This document shows positions 63,985 through 64,000 of a stretch of DNA of 64,000 nucleotides, one piece after another. The DNA comes from Camelus dromedarius (Eukaryota), in the NCBI RefSeq assembly GCF_036321535.1, contig NC_087437.1:35528001-35592000 (forward strand), in the 5' to 3' direction. The first letter of the stretch is position 1. The number at the start of each line of letters is the position of its first letter. The translations under genes and the position numbers were made by a program. Below the pieces are notes generated by a model. The model was not told where the DNA came from and ran no database searches. It saw only the letters and a list, made by a program, of their open reading frames with translations.

Positions 63985-64000
63985 ACCACCATAGGTGGAG

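Overview
AT-rich, repeat-dense mammalian non-coding DNA, probably camelid (alpaca/camel), judging by the tRNA-derived Vic-1-type SINE at 63868-63984 and the young L1 3' ends. I can support no intact protein-coding exon, RNA gene or CRISPR array. The ORF track is noise except three ORFs: 13556-13747 (L1 ORF2 reverse transcriptase), 19821-20027 (RPS6 pseudogene) and 36653-36862 (hAT transposase fossil). The window is a layered mosaic of L1, L2, MIR, MaLR/ERV1/ERVL LTRs and hAT/Tigger DNA transposons. Between them lie repeat-free stretches rich in TALE/homeodomain motifs, which are candidate conserved enhancers. Most young retro-insertions are on the minus strand, suggesting an intron of a plus-strand gene. 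The most notable structures are: (1) a decayed RPS6 retrocopy followed by ~400 bp of foreign sequence and a second poly(A), all inside a split MER33 (candidate re-retrotransposed pseudogene); (2) a composite L1 insertion with a fold-back hairpin bracketed by a single 15-bp target-site duplication (TSD); (3) a ~120-bp templated insertion copied from 1.95 kb upstream into a MIR; (4) a MER41-like solo LTR retaining a STAT GAS motif. Repeat family names come from recalled consensus sequences, not from a database search, and boundaries are approximate. I do not see a new gene system; the novelty is in the mechanisms recorded by the insertions.
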